Source: Paraspadella gotoi (taxonomy: Eukaryota; Animalia; Chaetognatha). From it: a stretch of 64,000 nucleotides of DNA. The DNA lies in assembly GCA_051294375.1 (NCBI GenBank), contig CM119265.1:4337779-4401778 (forward strand). Reading direction: 5' to 3'. The translations under genes and the position numbers were made by a program. Below are positions 23,726-36,410 of the stretch, piece by piece. Below the pieces are notes generated by a model. That model worked only from the letters and a program-made list of their open reading frames with translations. It was not told the DNA's origin and searched no databases. Positions within the stretch are counted from its first letter, which is position 1; every line of letters begins with the position of its first letter.

Positions 23726-26700
23726 CGATAATGATCGTGGGCAGATCCGACATTTGATTGCTCAAACTTTGTTTATTTCCTCCAGTTAACCTGTAAAAAA
23801 AACTATTATGAAAAAAAACAAAAACACCCGGGGCTCAAAAACTCGATTAGGTCCGCGCATTTTAAGTCAACCGCCGCCCGGGGGCCCTATGAGCTCCAAA
23901 TTAGCATTCGGTGGTTTTCCTTTTCAACGGCATATTGCCCTCTAATTTCGTTTAAATGGAAAAATGCAAATCAAGAGCCAAGTCGTAAAACAAACCAATT
24001 GTTTGGCGGAGAAGCTGCGCGCGGGAAAGGCAGAAGGAAATGCGAATGGTCGTAAATAACGGTTGATGGTAAATTTAACGTCTTTTAAATTTTATAGAAA
24101 CATGGACAAGTTTTCCTTTGTTTTTTATCTTTATAATACGAAATGTCTAGGACTAGGTTGTAATTAAAATGGAGTATTGTATTCTTATTCGTCGTTGTCT
24201 ACTTGTTTTTTTTTTTTTAGGTTATGTCTTATCTACATTCAGTCTGTTCAAAGTCGACAACGAACTTGTTCCTTTCGTCTCTTTCGTCTCTTTCGTCATC
24301 CGTCACCCTCATTTCCCGACGGCCGTCGTTTCTCCCCGCGCCCCGACACACCCCCCTTTCTTCTCGCCTCGCGGTCTGATAATTAAAAAAAAAGTCGCGA
24401 CGCCTTTCAGAGTCCTGCCATAAACATTAGTAGACACACACGGACTGCGTGACTGAATTACGCGCGATCGATCACCTCCCCCCTTAACACAACGGCCTCA
24501 CCTTGAAGACCGGCGCCTGCCTCCGTGCCCGTCTTGTGACGCTTGGGCACGCCCCACGCCGTCCGGACGCGATCGCCGAGATGGAACCAACGTCGCCAAC
24601 AAACGACGACGCGAGATGGCGCATTTTTTTTTTTTTTTTATTCGCGCGAGAGGAAGTTTTATGTTCGCCGATCCTTTTTGGTTGTTGTTGTTGTTTTTCT
24701 TTTTTTAACGCAGTTATTTTTTGGCCCCGTGGGAAGGCGACGCGTGCTAATGGCGTCGCAAAAGAACGTTTTCTTTTTTTTTTCTTATTTAAGTTTTTTG
24801 TTTTTATTTTTTATTTTATTGCAACGAATCTGAGAAAAAGAAAGACGGGCATTAAACAAAACTCGACCAATCCGCCATTACCACCTTTGTTTCGTTATAT
24901 ATTCCTAATATAACTCTAATAAATAAACTCTAAAAAAGCAATGAAAACCCAAGACTTTGCCTTTCCTGATCTGACGTCAGATAAAAAAAGCAAATCCGTC
25001 GGCGATCTTTTTATTGCAGGAAAAATCGATCCAGTCCTTTTCTCGTCTCTCTAGAGGGGTAGCCCCAACTCAATGGGGTAGTCAAAAATTTAGAATGATT
25101 ACATGCTCAAAGAAATTTTAATACATTTGAAGTATACTTCAATGGACAAACGACATTTCTTATGTGCTCTATACCCAAATAATAATTTTTAAATATTTAT
25201 TTATAAATAGGAAAGCCAAAATTTTTTTTCATAATTTTAAAAATTTTAAGACCAGATTCCAGATAGCTCAATAAAAAATAATCATCATCATGCATCTTTC
25301 GATAATTTTATCAGTTTTTTATATTTCACAAAGAAAACATAAAAATTTTTAAAAGCTGTAATTATTTTTCTTGTTTAACTTTTGGATACTCTATCAGAAT
25401 CCATCAAAAAATTTTAAGAGATTTAAAAAAAAATTTATAATGTAAAAAAGAAAGTAATATTTAATGTATTAATCAAACGTATAAATGTTAAATTCTTTTC
25501 TGAAAATGATTGCTTAAATATTTAGTCAAGACAACTAAAAAAATACTTTGCTAATAGTCGAAATTTTATACTTATCCTCTGAGTTGGTCCCTACCTCTAA
25601 GTCAGGACTTGGCGCCATTCTATTCTCTCTCTCTCTCTCTCGGTCTCTCTCTCTCTCATCTCTCTCTTCGTCTCTTTCTCTCTCTCCATCTCTCTCTCTC
25701 TAAGTCTTTCTGTCCCCTTTAAGAACGTCGTCAATGCAAAATATACGTCGAGAGAGAATACGAAAGATTGCTTACACTCTAAAGAAATGGTTGAAAAACT
25801 CCCCAGCTGTAGGTGACATATGCAAAAAGGTTGCTAGTCGCAGGTATTGCTTCTTTTTCTGTAAAACCCAATGAAAGAATTTTCCACTCTGCTAATCATG
25901 TAATAGGAACAATAACCTAGTAACAACTTATTTATAAGAAATTTCGCTTCCTATAATAATAAAATGCGACGCACTTTCATGAACGTGTATTTTCCTAATA
26001 TATGTTTTTTTAAAATGTCATTACGAAAAGTAAAAGTTTTATAAAGTCATATCAATGATTACTATCTAAACAATTTTTTAATTTTATGCAATGAATTTTT
26101 ATATGAAACCTCACTTATCGGCACCCACAATAAAATAGTCTTAATTTCGCTTTCAATATTTTATACAGCCATGCAACTCAAACTCGCATATCAAGGTAAA
26201 AACAATAACGAATATTTTTTCCCTATCGTTCATAATATAAACTGTTACAATTAATATTATTATTCGAAAAAATGTCTATTTTACGTTTTGAATTAGTAAT
26301 TTTGGTTTTCTCACTGTATTCCTTTCGATTCAAACGAAGACCTCTGCTCAACAAAAGACACGTTATCCGATATTTTAAAATTTAGAGATAAATGAATAAT
26401 CAAATTTAATTAAAATGTTACTTCGACCAGACGGTATTTTTTTTGCATGGAAAAAAACCCCGGTACAAAAAGTCGAAGAAGATCCTCTCGCTCTCGTCTC
26501 GCGTTCATCCATATATTTGTCCCTTCCTCTTCCTCCCCTCCTCCTCCTCCTCATCCACTCGTTGGTTCCGACTCCAAAATCCTGGCGAATTCTGACTCAT
26601 TTCGCCGGGAAAAAAATAAAGAGGAAGGCTACCGCAACAATCGAGCAACAATCTCTTTTCTATTGGCATTCCATTGCGCGTTTCATCTCGTCATTTGCGA

Positions 26701-26980
26701 TACGAAGAGAGATAAAAGGGCTTTGAGCTCCTTTCGCATCTTAAAAATGATCGTAACTCTCAAACCAGCAACATCAAAAGGTAAAGTATACCAAAAAATT
26801 GTTTCACAGAAGAAAAATTAATTATCAAATAAACAAAGTTCCTTCTACATGGAAACATCGACCGCGTTGTTTCTCACTCCCGCTGCGAACCAATCTGTTA
26901 ATTTTTTCACGTGGATGACTTTAAAAGGACTTTTCGAAGCTTACGAACTTGCGAACTTTACGTATAATCCAAAAAAAACG

Positions 26981-29134
26981 ATGCACTCCCTGCCACGAAA
27001 ATCTTTCGCAGTTTCCCGACTTCGACGCCTTGACTAATTCTGGCGTCGTCCTACGATGACGCACATCGCGGCCGTCGTCCCCGACTCGAGTTCGACGTTC
27101 GCACCGTAGAAGACGGACCTCTCTCTGCGGGTTCCCCTGGTCCGCGTCCTCGTTCACTTTTGCGTCGCCGTTCGACAGGCTCAGCTCTGACCGACTGGAC
27201 CACACCCTCTTTTTCCGCCTCAAATGTCGCCTGGAGCAGCAGGGTCACGGCGAGTTGCTGGCCAAGTTGAAATGCACCCGCGCGACCGCGACGACGCGGC
27301 GGCCGGCGGAGAACTGCAACGCGGATCGAACGTCTCTACATTCGGCTGCGGCAGTGGACGCGTACGGGAGTTCGCCACCCGGAGCTGGGGCATCTGTTAA
27401 AAGCGACGAAGGCCAAGTGGACCCGTTTGAAGCTTGAAGAGAAGATATTGAAGAAGAGGAAGTCTGCGATTGGTCCATCCCTCGCTGAGGCGATCAAAGA
27501 CGTGAAGAGAATACAATTCTTGCGAAGGCGAACGAGAGGAAAGGAAAGGGCCGAAGATGTGAATGAAGAGAAGATGAGGTCGATCCTTTGGTCGAAGCCT
27601 GCCTTACAGAATCTATGAAGACCCGAGACCCTAACCTAACAGGTGACGCCCTCCAGTAAATAATGATGGATTCACCCCCGATCACAGAAATCCGCCTTCC
27701 GCAGTGTTTCCAGCCCCTTTGAATCTTCAGACTTCTTTCCAACTCGGCCTAACGAGGACAATCCTCGCTAAATGCTACACTTGCTGCAGAACCGATAACC
27801 AGCTCCGCCCGCAACTGCTCCAAAATGTCAGTCGCTCAATGACTGGACGATGGAGGCGCAGGCCGATTTGTCGGGCCGTTGGGCCGTCCGTTACCGGCGG
27901 CGCATCAAGATCGGCTGAGAACGGCAGCTGTGGCTGCTGCGACGCGGATGCAGCGTCGTGGTCACAACCCGTTTGCCGGTTAGCGCCTTGAGACATACTG
28001 CAAAGATGGCGGATTTCGGGCCGATTGGGCGCGCACCCGCGGATCGTTTCCCTCGATCTGCTCGACCTCCGACTCGATTCACACTTTCATGATGGCCTTC
28101 TCCGGTAACCCCTCCCCGCAGCCTCGACATCCTCGTCCAACAACTGCCGCGCAGACCATATGGCGCCCGAACCGTTATTAACGCGGCGCTTGTGCGAGCG
28201 AGAGGCGGCCCTGAAGGCGTCGCCGCCGGAAAGCGTATGGATGCTATAGTCGATTGGCAGAGGGGGGGCGCGGTTTTGAGGGCTTAACGAATCTCGCTGG
28301 GATGGAGGGTAGCAAACGCGTTACCTTCCGCCACGGTCCGCGACAAGACCGTCGAATGTCGCGTCAAAATCTCCGCCCTCGATTTGAAAAATTTGGTTTC
28401 CCGCCGGGCCACGACGATCACGGCGAGCCCTCGAACGCGCGTCCAATGAACTCGTGGAGTTAGGCGTTGAGGAGGTGCCGCTCCCGAACTGTTTTGCAAG
28501 TGGTTGGCCGTCAAATGCGGTTCGCGGCCTTCATCCTCGCGGGCGCTTGAAGGAGTTGTTGAGGCGATCGCCCTTCGACCGGAAGTTTATCTCAACGTTC
28601 CGCGATGTGAGGGGCAGTTCGGCGCCAGGGTGCACAAGGTAGAGGCATGAGGGATGACTTTTTTATAAAATATATAATAATAAAAAGAAAAACAGTATAA
28701 TTATCATAATGATTTTTTTTGCTTTGTCGATAGTGAAACGGATTATTCATTTAAAATACTACTCATTTGTGACTTTTGCTCCTGAACCGATTTTTTAAAG
28801 AATATAATGCGTCCTCGTTAACCCACTCCCTCGGCAGGGTTCCAAATCCTCATACAACATGGCGAAGGCGGCCCTCAACATGCTGACTCGAACGACCCGG
28901 TATGGAGCTTCAACTCTCCAAAATCTCATGACTTCCGTGGAACACGGTTGGTGCACGGACGAGCGCCTCTGCCGCAAGCCGATACGAGCGGGACTCGCGC
29001 GGCTTCGTTGTGGCCCCTCACGTGCGGGATGGCGCGGCAGGGTGGTGCATCCCGATCCTTCACGGACCTGGACGAAGCCAAACGCCTTATACGCGGATCT
29101 TTTCCCTTAAGATTACAAGCAGTTTCCATGGTGA
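26981..29134 (+). pseudogene. Frameshift-riddled inverted copy of the SDR gene (more likely an unpolished long-read copy than a true pseudogene)
   Basis: Reverse complement of 42551-44683. Peptide fragments KLEEKILKKRKSAIG, AKCYTCCR and MAKAALNMLTRT fall in shifting frames. Same donor at 28638/28639. Differences are mostly scattered 1-nt indels. Confidence 0.75.
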
Positions 29135-32100
29135 TTCCTGAAACTAGTTTTACGGACGGTTTTCATTGGTTCATGGTATTTTCACTATTTGGTAATTTCG
29201 TTCGCTGATTTTATTTTTATTTGATTTTTTTAAACGGTATTGAGATTTATCCAAACACCCCTACTTGTTGCCATGATTCAAACAAGAATGTCGATTTAAC
29301 TTTCTCATTACTTTCTCATTAAATTTATTTTTTCTTTTTTCAGAAAATTGAATTATTTTTTAATACTTATAAAAACTTTTTGAGTTGGTAAAATTTATAT
29401 TAACAAAAAATGGTGATAAATACAATTATCTCTTATCAAAAATGCAAGGGCATTGGTGACTCTTACCGTCTTGACTGTAGTTTTTTAAACAGAAATAAAA
29501 TTTCCTAACTAAAAAAAACTTACCTTTACATCTTTGAAATTTGGTGCGTCCTCCGTAGAAAGTTTTCCGGATAAATTGGCGCAATGAACAAAAAATTGAG
29601 GATAAATAAAAGGGAATTCGAGGAAGAGTTGGTCTTCCTTTTTTTTGCTTGGAAGGGTCGTACGAATTTATTTGCTTTCCTCGTTCTTTTTTTTTAATTT
29701 CCTTCCTTTTTTCCTTTTCTTTCCTCCGTTGACCTAAAGGGATGGGAAAAAAAAAAAAAAACGAGTTACCGTTTGACGAATTCCCCTTCCTCCTCATCCC
29801 ACTCATCCTCCCTTCCTCGCCAAATCTTCATCTTCATCCTTTTTTCCCCCAATCCCCGAGCTAACTAACTTTGTTGTATCGAAATCCCATGAACCATGAA
29901 AAAATTTTCAGGAAAATATATATTTCTTTTTTTCCATTTAATGCCTCAAGATATTTACTGACTCGCTATGTATCCTTCTTTTTGTGTTCGTTACTTTAAT
30001 TTTTAAAAAAATTTTTAAATCTTTTTCGTTACTCGCGAGGAATCGTTCACAATTTTTTTTTTTTTTTATTGCTTTTTTTTTTTTTGGTGGATTTTTCTCA
30101 TATCTCATTCGAGTCCCATTTTTTCGTGTTTCGAATATTCTGGCCCCCAATTTTAATAGACATGAAAAAGAAGGAAAGAAAGATATAGGGTTGATAGAAA
30201 GAAGAGAGAGAGACCAAAAGAGAGAGTTTGGAGCAAGAGCTTTCTAGACAAATGATCTCGAATAGAACAAGGATCAAAACGGTAGTGACCGGAAAGATCG
30301 GACGAAGTGACGCCCCACACATAATCGCGCGATGACGCTGAGGACCCAAACGCAAACGACGCCCGCAACCACAGGCGACATCATTCAGTGTGTGATTAAT
30401 GACGGGGCGCGATGGAGTGAGATAGAGGGGAGAGAGAAAGAAAGAGACAAGTCAGAACTGGAGAGAAAAAGAGAGTCAGATTTTCAAGGGGAAAAAACGT
30501 TTTGTCGCTTTTCTCCAAAAAACCGACGCTCAATCTTTTCACGAACAGAAGGCATCGCCGCATCTTGATCTTTAAACTTCATACGCTTTATTGACTTAAA
30601 ATACCGTTTCACTTTCCCTCTAATATTTCCTTATGAACAAATTAAAACTCATTTATTAAAATTATTAAAACTCAAATAAAAATTAACCATTTACGTCCAA
30701 TTTTTAATGCGAACTTTTTTCGTTTTTTTTCGACTGTCTGAAAGCGAAGCGCGTTCGTTTTTGAATTTTTCATGAACCACCACAAATCAATCAGCCTTGT
30801 CTTTTTTCTTTTTCCTTTTTTTTTTCCCCCATTTTTCTGCCGAAAACTCGACTTATTTATCAGAGGAGTTTGGCAGAGGTTCGAGTTGTTTTTCCTCGAA
30901 TCATGAATGAGTGATGACGAAACGACGACGACGACGACGAGACAACGACGGACAACGATTCAGAGAACATCTCCGCTTTTGTTCTATGGTGGTTTAATAT
31001 TCTATTATGAAAATTACAATTTGGTATTATTTGAAGTTTTATATAATGTTTGTTTTTATGAAAAATATTTATAGCTCGATCAAATTGGGATGTCGCTAAC
31101 TTCTTTTTTCCGTAGATTTTTGGTTTATCATATAATCATGTTAGGCAACAGTGAAAGCAATGAATAAAATTAACCGCAGATTCACATTCCAGAAAAACAG
31201 AGGAAAGAGTTTCTCTCGACCACAAATTTGAAAGCCATAAAAAGCCGCGCGTTGATTTCACGTCTGCAGAATTTTATTTTATTTTCCCGTACACGTGATA
31301 TTAATAAAACGAAAACGAAAAAAAAAAAGGAAAATAAAGGGAGCAAAAGTAGCGGTAATAGAAAAAAAGGGAGAAAAAAAAAGGAAAGGAAAGAGAACTA
31401 ACCGAAGACAATTTCCATTTATCGCTTAAAGGAGGAAGGCGTCTTTTTCCTCAAATGCCTCCGGACAAGAGAAAATCAATTTAAATTTTCATTGCCTTTT
31501 AAAACCAAAAGATTCTCCTCAGGCACGTTCTTATTATTTTTTTGTAGGGGGAGAGAGAGAGAGAGAGAGAGAGAAGATAGAGAGAGAAAGAGAAGAAGAG
31601 ATTGTGGAGAGAGAGAGAGAGGATTGAAAAGAGAGAAAGAGAGGAGAGAGAAGAGAGAGAGAGAGAGAGAGATATAGAGAGAGAGAGATTGAGAAGAGAG
31701 AGAACTCTGTAAAAAAAGAAAGTGCCCGTGATGACAGACTGGTTTTTTTTTAAATGTCCGTCCCGTTCGAGACTTTAAGAGGCTGAACGAGAAAAGATGA
31801 AAGAAAAGTATATCGTAGAGAGGAGAGAAAACTGGAATTAGCCACGAGGAAAAACCGTGAAAGGGGACGACCCCAAAAAAAAAAAGAGAAGTGCTCTGAA
31901 GAGGGGAGTAATCGTCGGGGGCGAGATAAGAAAGTGAGGCAGGGCATAGATCCGAAATAGAAAGGAAAAGAAGAAGAGAAATCGAGGGATAGGTAGAAAG
32001 AGAGAGTGAGATTAATAACTGAGATAGAGACAGCAGACAATATGCAGAGAGAGAGAAGAGAGAGGAGAGAGAAATAGAGACAGACAGAAAGAGAAGAAGT

Positions 32101-35100
32101 AAACGGGGAGGAAAGTTCTTTCCCTCGACGGGTTTGCGTAAATGTGGCATAAGAATTGTTTAAAAGAAAAAAAAAAGGTTCGTTTCTTCTTCGGCCATTT
32201 TCCTATCTCTTATCTTTTCCCCGTTTTTTTACATTTAATTCGTTCCCTCTTTTTTTCTCTTTTTTTTTAGAAGTTTTCTAATATAATATATATTATATAT
32301 ATACTACTTTATTCTTTATACTACTTTATTACATTATTATTTTACCTCTCGCCCCCTTTTTAAAACTTATTTTGCCAGACTTATGTATGCAATGTTTTGT
32401 TTGTTTTTCTGTACTGAATCAGCTTGTTGCATCGAATAAAACGCTTATATATATAAACGTATTTATCTTAGTTTTTGGTGATTTCTTTTCTTCCCCTTTT
32501 GTTTTAATTTATTTCCTTAGTTCACCCTGATGTACTCCATTTCCTTTTAGTTTTCCTCTGTTTTGTCCTTTTGTTTGTCTTTTTATTTTCCTCCTTAATT
32601 TCTTCCATAATTTGCCCTGAGTTGCCACAATTTCTCTCTAGTTTCCCTTTCCTTCCTTTTAAGTTTCCCCCTGACAAAAAGATTTTTTTTTTTCTGAAAT
32701 AAAAGAGCAAAATTTGACCAATTAAGACAATAAGAAGATTAACGATTTGAAACAATATGAATTTTAACATATAATGAGTATTGAGCAGACTAATTGCACT
32801 GAATGGCACTAAAAATCAAAATTCAAAAAATTAAGGAATCATTGCGGATATAGCAAAATTGGGAAAAGTATTAAGTATATCAATGAAATCATGAGTTTTG
32901 AAATATTAGCATTATGGTTCTAACCTTTGTACACTAGGCATTTGCCATTTTTTTTTTTTAGTCCATAGACAGAAAGATGGAGTCGAACGCGATGCGGAGG
33001 TCACGAGACTGGTCAACGTGAACTGGTCACGTGACCGGGTGGTCACGTCTCCGAAAACGGAAACCATTCTCTTCCGACGTTTGATGGATTCTTTATTTTT
33101 TTGTAAGATGAATGGATATGAAGAATTTGTTCGTGATAAATGAGGGCGAGGAACGAATTTTAGATTCTTTTCAAACGTGTTTCATATCCTTTTTGGTAGG
33201 TATTTGAATCATTTATTTAGTTGGATGATTTCGTGGCAATAGCATAATCCCAGTTTCTTTTATCGCTCCCATTTATTAAATCGAATTGTATTAAAACTGT
33301 GGACCGATTTTACCAAACATTCGTAGATTTTACGAGGTATTCCAACGTGGATTAATTTTATTTTAAGAAAACTTTTTCGATATATTTGTATTAAACCGGG
33401 AATAAAAGAAAGCAGCATCCATTTAGAGACAGTCGTCGGCTTCCCGCAGAAGAACATTTTATGAGAAACATTTCATATTGAAAAATATTTTTGAAAGAAT
33501 AAAATCCTCGCGAATGACGTAAATTGCATATTTTTTTTCCACTTCAAATCCTTTAACGCAACATTGACTTCTGTTTCAAGACGCTCCTGTATCGCCTTAA
33601 TGGCCCTCTTAGACCCCTTAGACGCTCTGCCTCTCTCCAAGACCACGTCGTCCCTTTCCTGAACACTCTTTCGGGATTTTTTACCTTTTAAATCCTTTCA
33701 TTGTCGCTTAGTTCGCCTTTCTGAACTCCTCGGAATTTTAAGTTGACCGCCCTCGAGTTAACCCTAGTCAACGTATAACTCAATTCGATATTTTACAATA
33801 TAGGTTGGAAGATTTACGTCTGTGACGCCCCTTAGCACACCTTTTTCTCGTAGACCGTCATTCATCTCCGGGCCCGGGAGCCGAAATTAACGTCACCGAA
33901 TCTTAGACCAGCACCCTTCGCGCTGCTTTTCACGCCCCTCGTCCCGCGCGGCGGGCCGTACGAGCACGGGTTACACTTCGATCAACGAATGTCGATTCGC
34001 TTTTTTTTTTACTATTTTAGACTTTTACTTTCTTTCTTTTCTCTCTGCTTTCTCTCTGTCTCTCTCTGTGTCTTTCTCTCTCTCTCTGTCTCTCTCTCCT
34101 CCTCTCATTCGCGAAGGAAAAAATGGGTTTCGGCGCCTGAGCGAATCATCTCCTTTCAGATTCTGAGGAGCGGCGCACTTTCGACGCCAACGAAAAGGTC
34201 GGGTCGAAACACAGCTCAGCCCGCATTTTTAAAAAATGAGATGGAACGAAGAGCAGTGAGAGAGAAAAGAGAGAGAGACAGGCAGGAAGAATGAGACTGG
34301 AAGAGGAAGATAGAGAGAAGACGGACAAAAGGGAAAGAAGAGTAAGCTGGTATGTTTGTTTTGAGGTGGGAGAACAGAAGAGAAGAATGATAGTGGAGAG
34401 AAAAAAAATGTAAGGGAAAAAGAAAAGTAAAGAGAGGTATAATGTAGAAGAGAAGGATAATATACGAGAAAAAAATAAAGCGAGTGAATGAAGGGGGAAA
34501 ATGAGGAAAAAAAGAGGCACTAGATGGCCGAATTGAAGAATGATGATGAATATGAATGAAAAGTGAACGAGAGACATGAAGATTCGTGAAGGATCGAGAA
34601 GGGGAAAGATTCGTTATTAGGCAGATGACGATCGAGATGAGATCGAAACGGAAGAAACAATTGGGAGCTTAACTAATATTAATTTCAATCACAATCTGAC
34701 ACATTATTTTTTATTTTCAGTATATTCAAAATGAATAATTTCTTAACCAGTGCGAGTTATTTCAATAGTTATTTTTTTTTTATAGGTTTGGGACATTTTA
34801 AAAATTATTAACATAATCTTTTTTCTCGATCCAGATTCTGTCATAATTTTTACGAATCCGGTTCTGAAAGGGCAAGAACATTTCTCTTCTCGTTTTTCAT
34901 CTCTCTCTCTTCTCTCTCGTCTCTCATCTCATCTCTCTGTCTCTTCTCTTCCTTCTCTCTCATATCTCACTCTCGGTTCTCTCATCCGTTCTGGTCTCTC
35001 TTCTTTTACTATTTCCTCTTCACCATTCGATGACGTAGCACGCCGCAGACGAATTGCCCGCATCTCGAGGCCTCAACGACCTCGGATTTGGATTCTCTCT

Positions 35101-35245
35101 CTTGCTTTTTTCTTTTCTTTTTTACATTCTCTTTTTCTTCCTCTATTTTTCCCTTCCAATATCTCTTTGCCATTTTCCTTTTAGTTTTATATCGCTTAAA
35201 ATACTCTCCCTCTCCATCGCCTCTCTCTTCTCGCTCTCCTCTCTC

Positions 35246-35291
<46 letters not shown>

Positions 35292-35707
35292 TCTCTCTCC
35301 TCCACTCTCCTCTCTCTCTTCCTCATCTCGATCTCCACTTCCGATTGCCGACCGAAGATTCCTTTTGTTTTCCTGCAAATTTATCGCGCTCTGGCGCCTT
35401 TTTTCATTTTAGCGCTTCTAGTTTACTCCTTTTTCGCCCAGTCTGGACCGGCTTTTTGTTTTCTTTTTTCTCTATTATTTGCTTCTATTTTTGCGCCCAC
35501 GAGAGCGGAGGGCTCACGATAGAGCAACATTATTTTCCCCTCGCGAGAACAAAAAAAATGTATTCCTGCCTTCCGTGTGACGAAAGGCGGGGGTTTGTAT
35601 GCTGGAACGTAGCGATGAATAGCTTCGTGGCACGAACGCGTCTGGTAACGGGATGTCTTTATCCCGTTAACAGAGCGTTGAACTCATTGGACGGAAAATT
35701 GCGAATG

Positions 35708-35892
35708 TCATATTTTTGCGTTTTAATTCTTATTCCTTTACCGACTTCGGCTTTGACCTAGAGGCTTTTTTGGAGCCAATACATTCAATGACATTAAAAA
35801 TGAATGCAAAACCGCGTGCCAATTCCGACATATATACCTGACATTGCAAGTAAGATATATTTTTTTATCTCTCTCTCTCTCTCTCTCTCAGT

Positions 35893-35933
<41 letters not shown>

Positions 35934-36117
35934 CCTCCTGTCTCTCCAGAGAGAGAGAGAGAGAGAAAGACGTGAGTCACTTGGCATGTCAGGCATTTGC
36001 CCGAATTGGCACGCGCTTTGGCTATGTCATTTTTAATGTCATTGAATGTTTGGTCCAAAAAAGCTTAGGTCAAAGCCGAAGTCGGTAAAGTAATAAGAAT
36101 AAAACGCAAAAATATGA
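35708..36117. mobile_element. Fold-back/MITE-like element: ~140-bp imperfect terminal inverted repeats around a (CT)n/(AG)n core
   Basis: TCATATTTTTGCGTTTT...taccgacttcggctttgaccta...cctgacattgcaagt (35708-35851) versus acttggcatgtcagg...taggtcaaagccgaagtcggta...AAAACGCAAAAATATGA (35979-36117). No clear target-site duplication. Confidence 0.65.
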
Positions 36118-36410
36118 ATTTATTTGTATATTTGTATTTGTATATTAATATGAAATTGGTACAACCAATATAAAAATTATCCATTCATTAATAGAATAAG
36201 CTAATCTTAGCCCTGATCTTTGATCAGGGCTTCCGGCTGGAGTGGTTTAATGGACCTCCCTATCACCTCATTACAAGATAATGACGGCAGAGGCAGGTCC
36301 CTGGAACCTTTCAATCATAAGTTACTCTCTCACAGTCTCGTTTATTCACTCCCAGAGTACCTGGCTTCCCTATCAATATAAGTGGAAAATATTTTAAAGA
36401 TATGTGAGAG
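36118..36410 (-). mobile_element. Probable 3' end of a non-LTR retroelement (stem-loop plus (TACAAA)n tail); related copy at ~12612-12735 (+)
   Basis: The minus strand ends ...ttggttgtaccaatttcatattaatatacaaatacaaatatacaaata. A perfect 10-bp hairpin agccctgatc-ttt-gatcagggct lies at 36209-36231. It shares gtcattatcttg...ttaaaccac...atgaatggataatttttata.tggttgtaccaatttcata with the 12.6-kb copy. Confidence 0.5.

Noticed and set aside
26981-29134. Genuine SDR pseudogene or paralogue pair in convergent orientation
   Set aside because: Differences are dense 1-nt indels in coding and non-coding sequence alike with few substitutions, the profile of uncorrected long reads. Not accepted as biological without read support.
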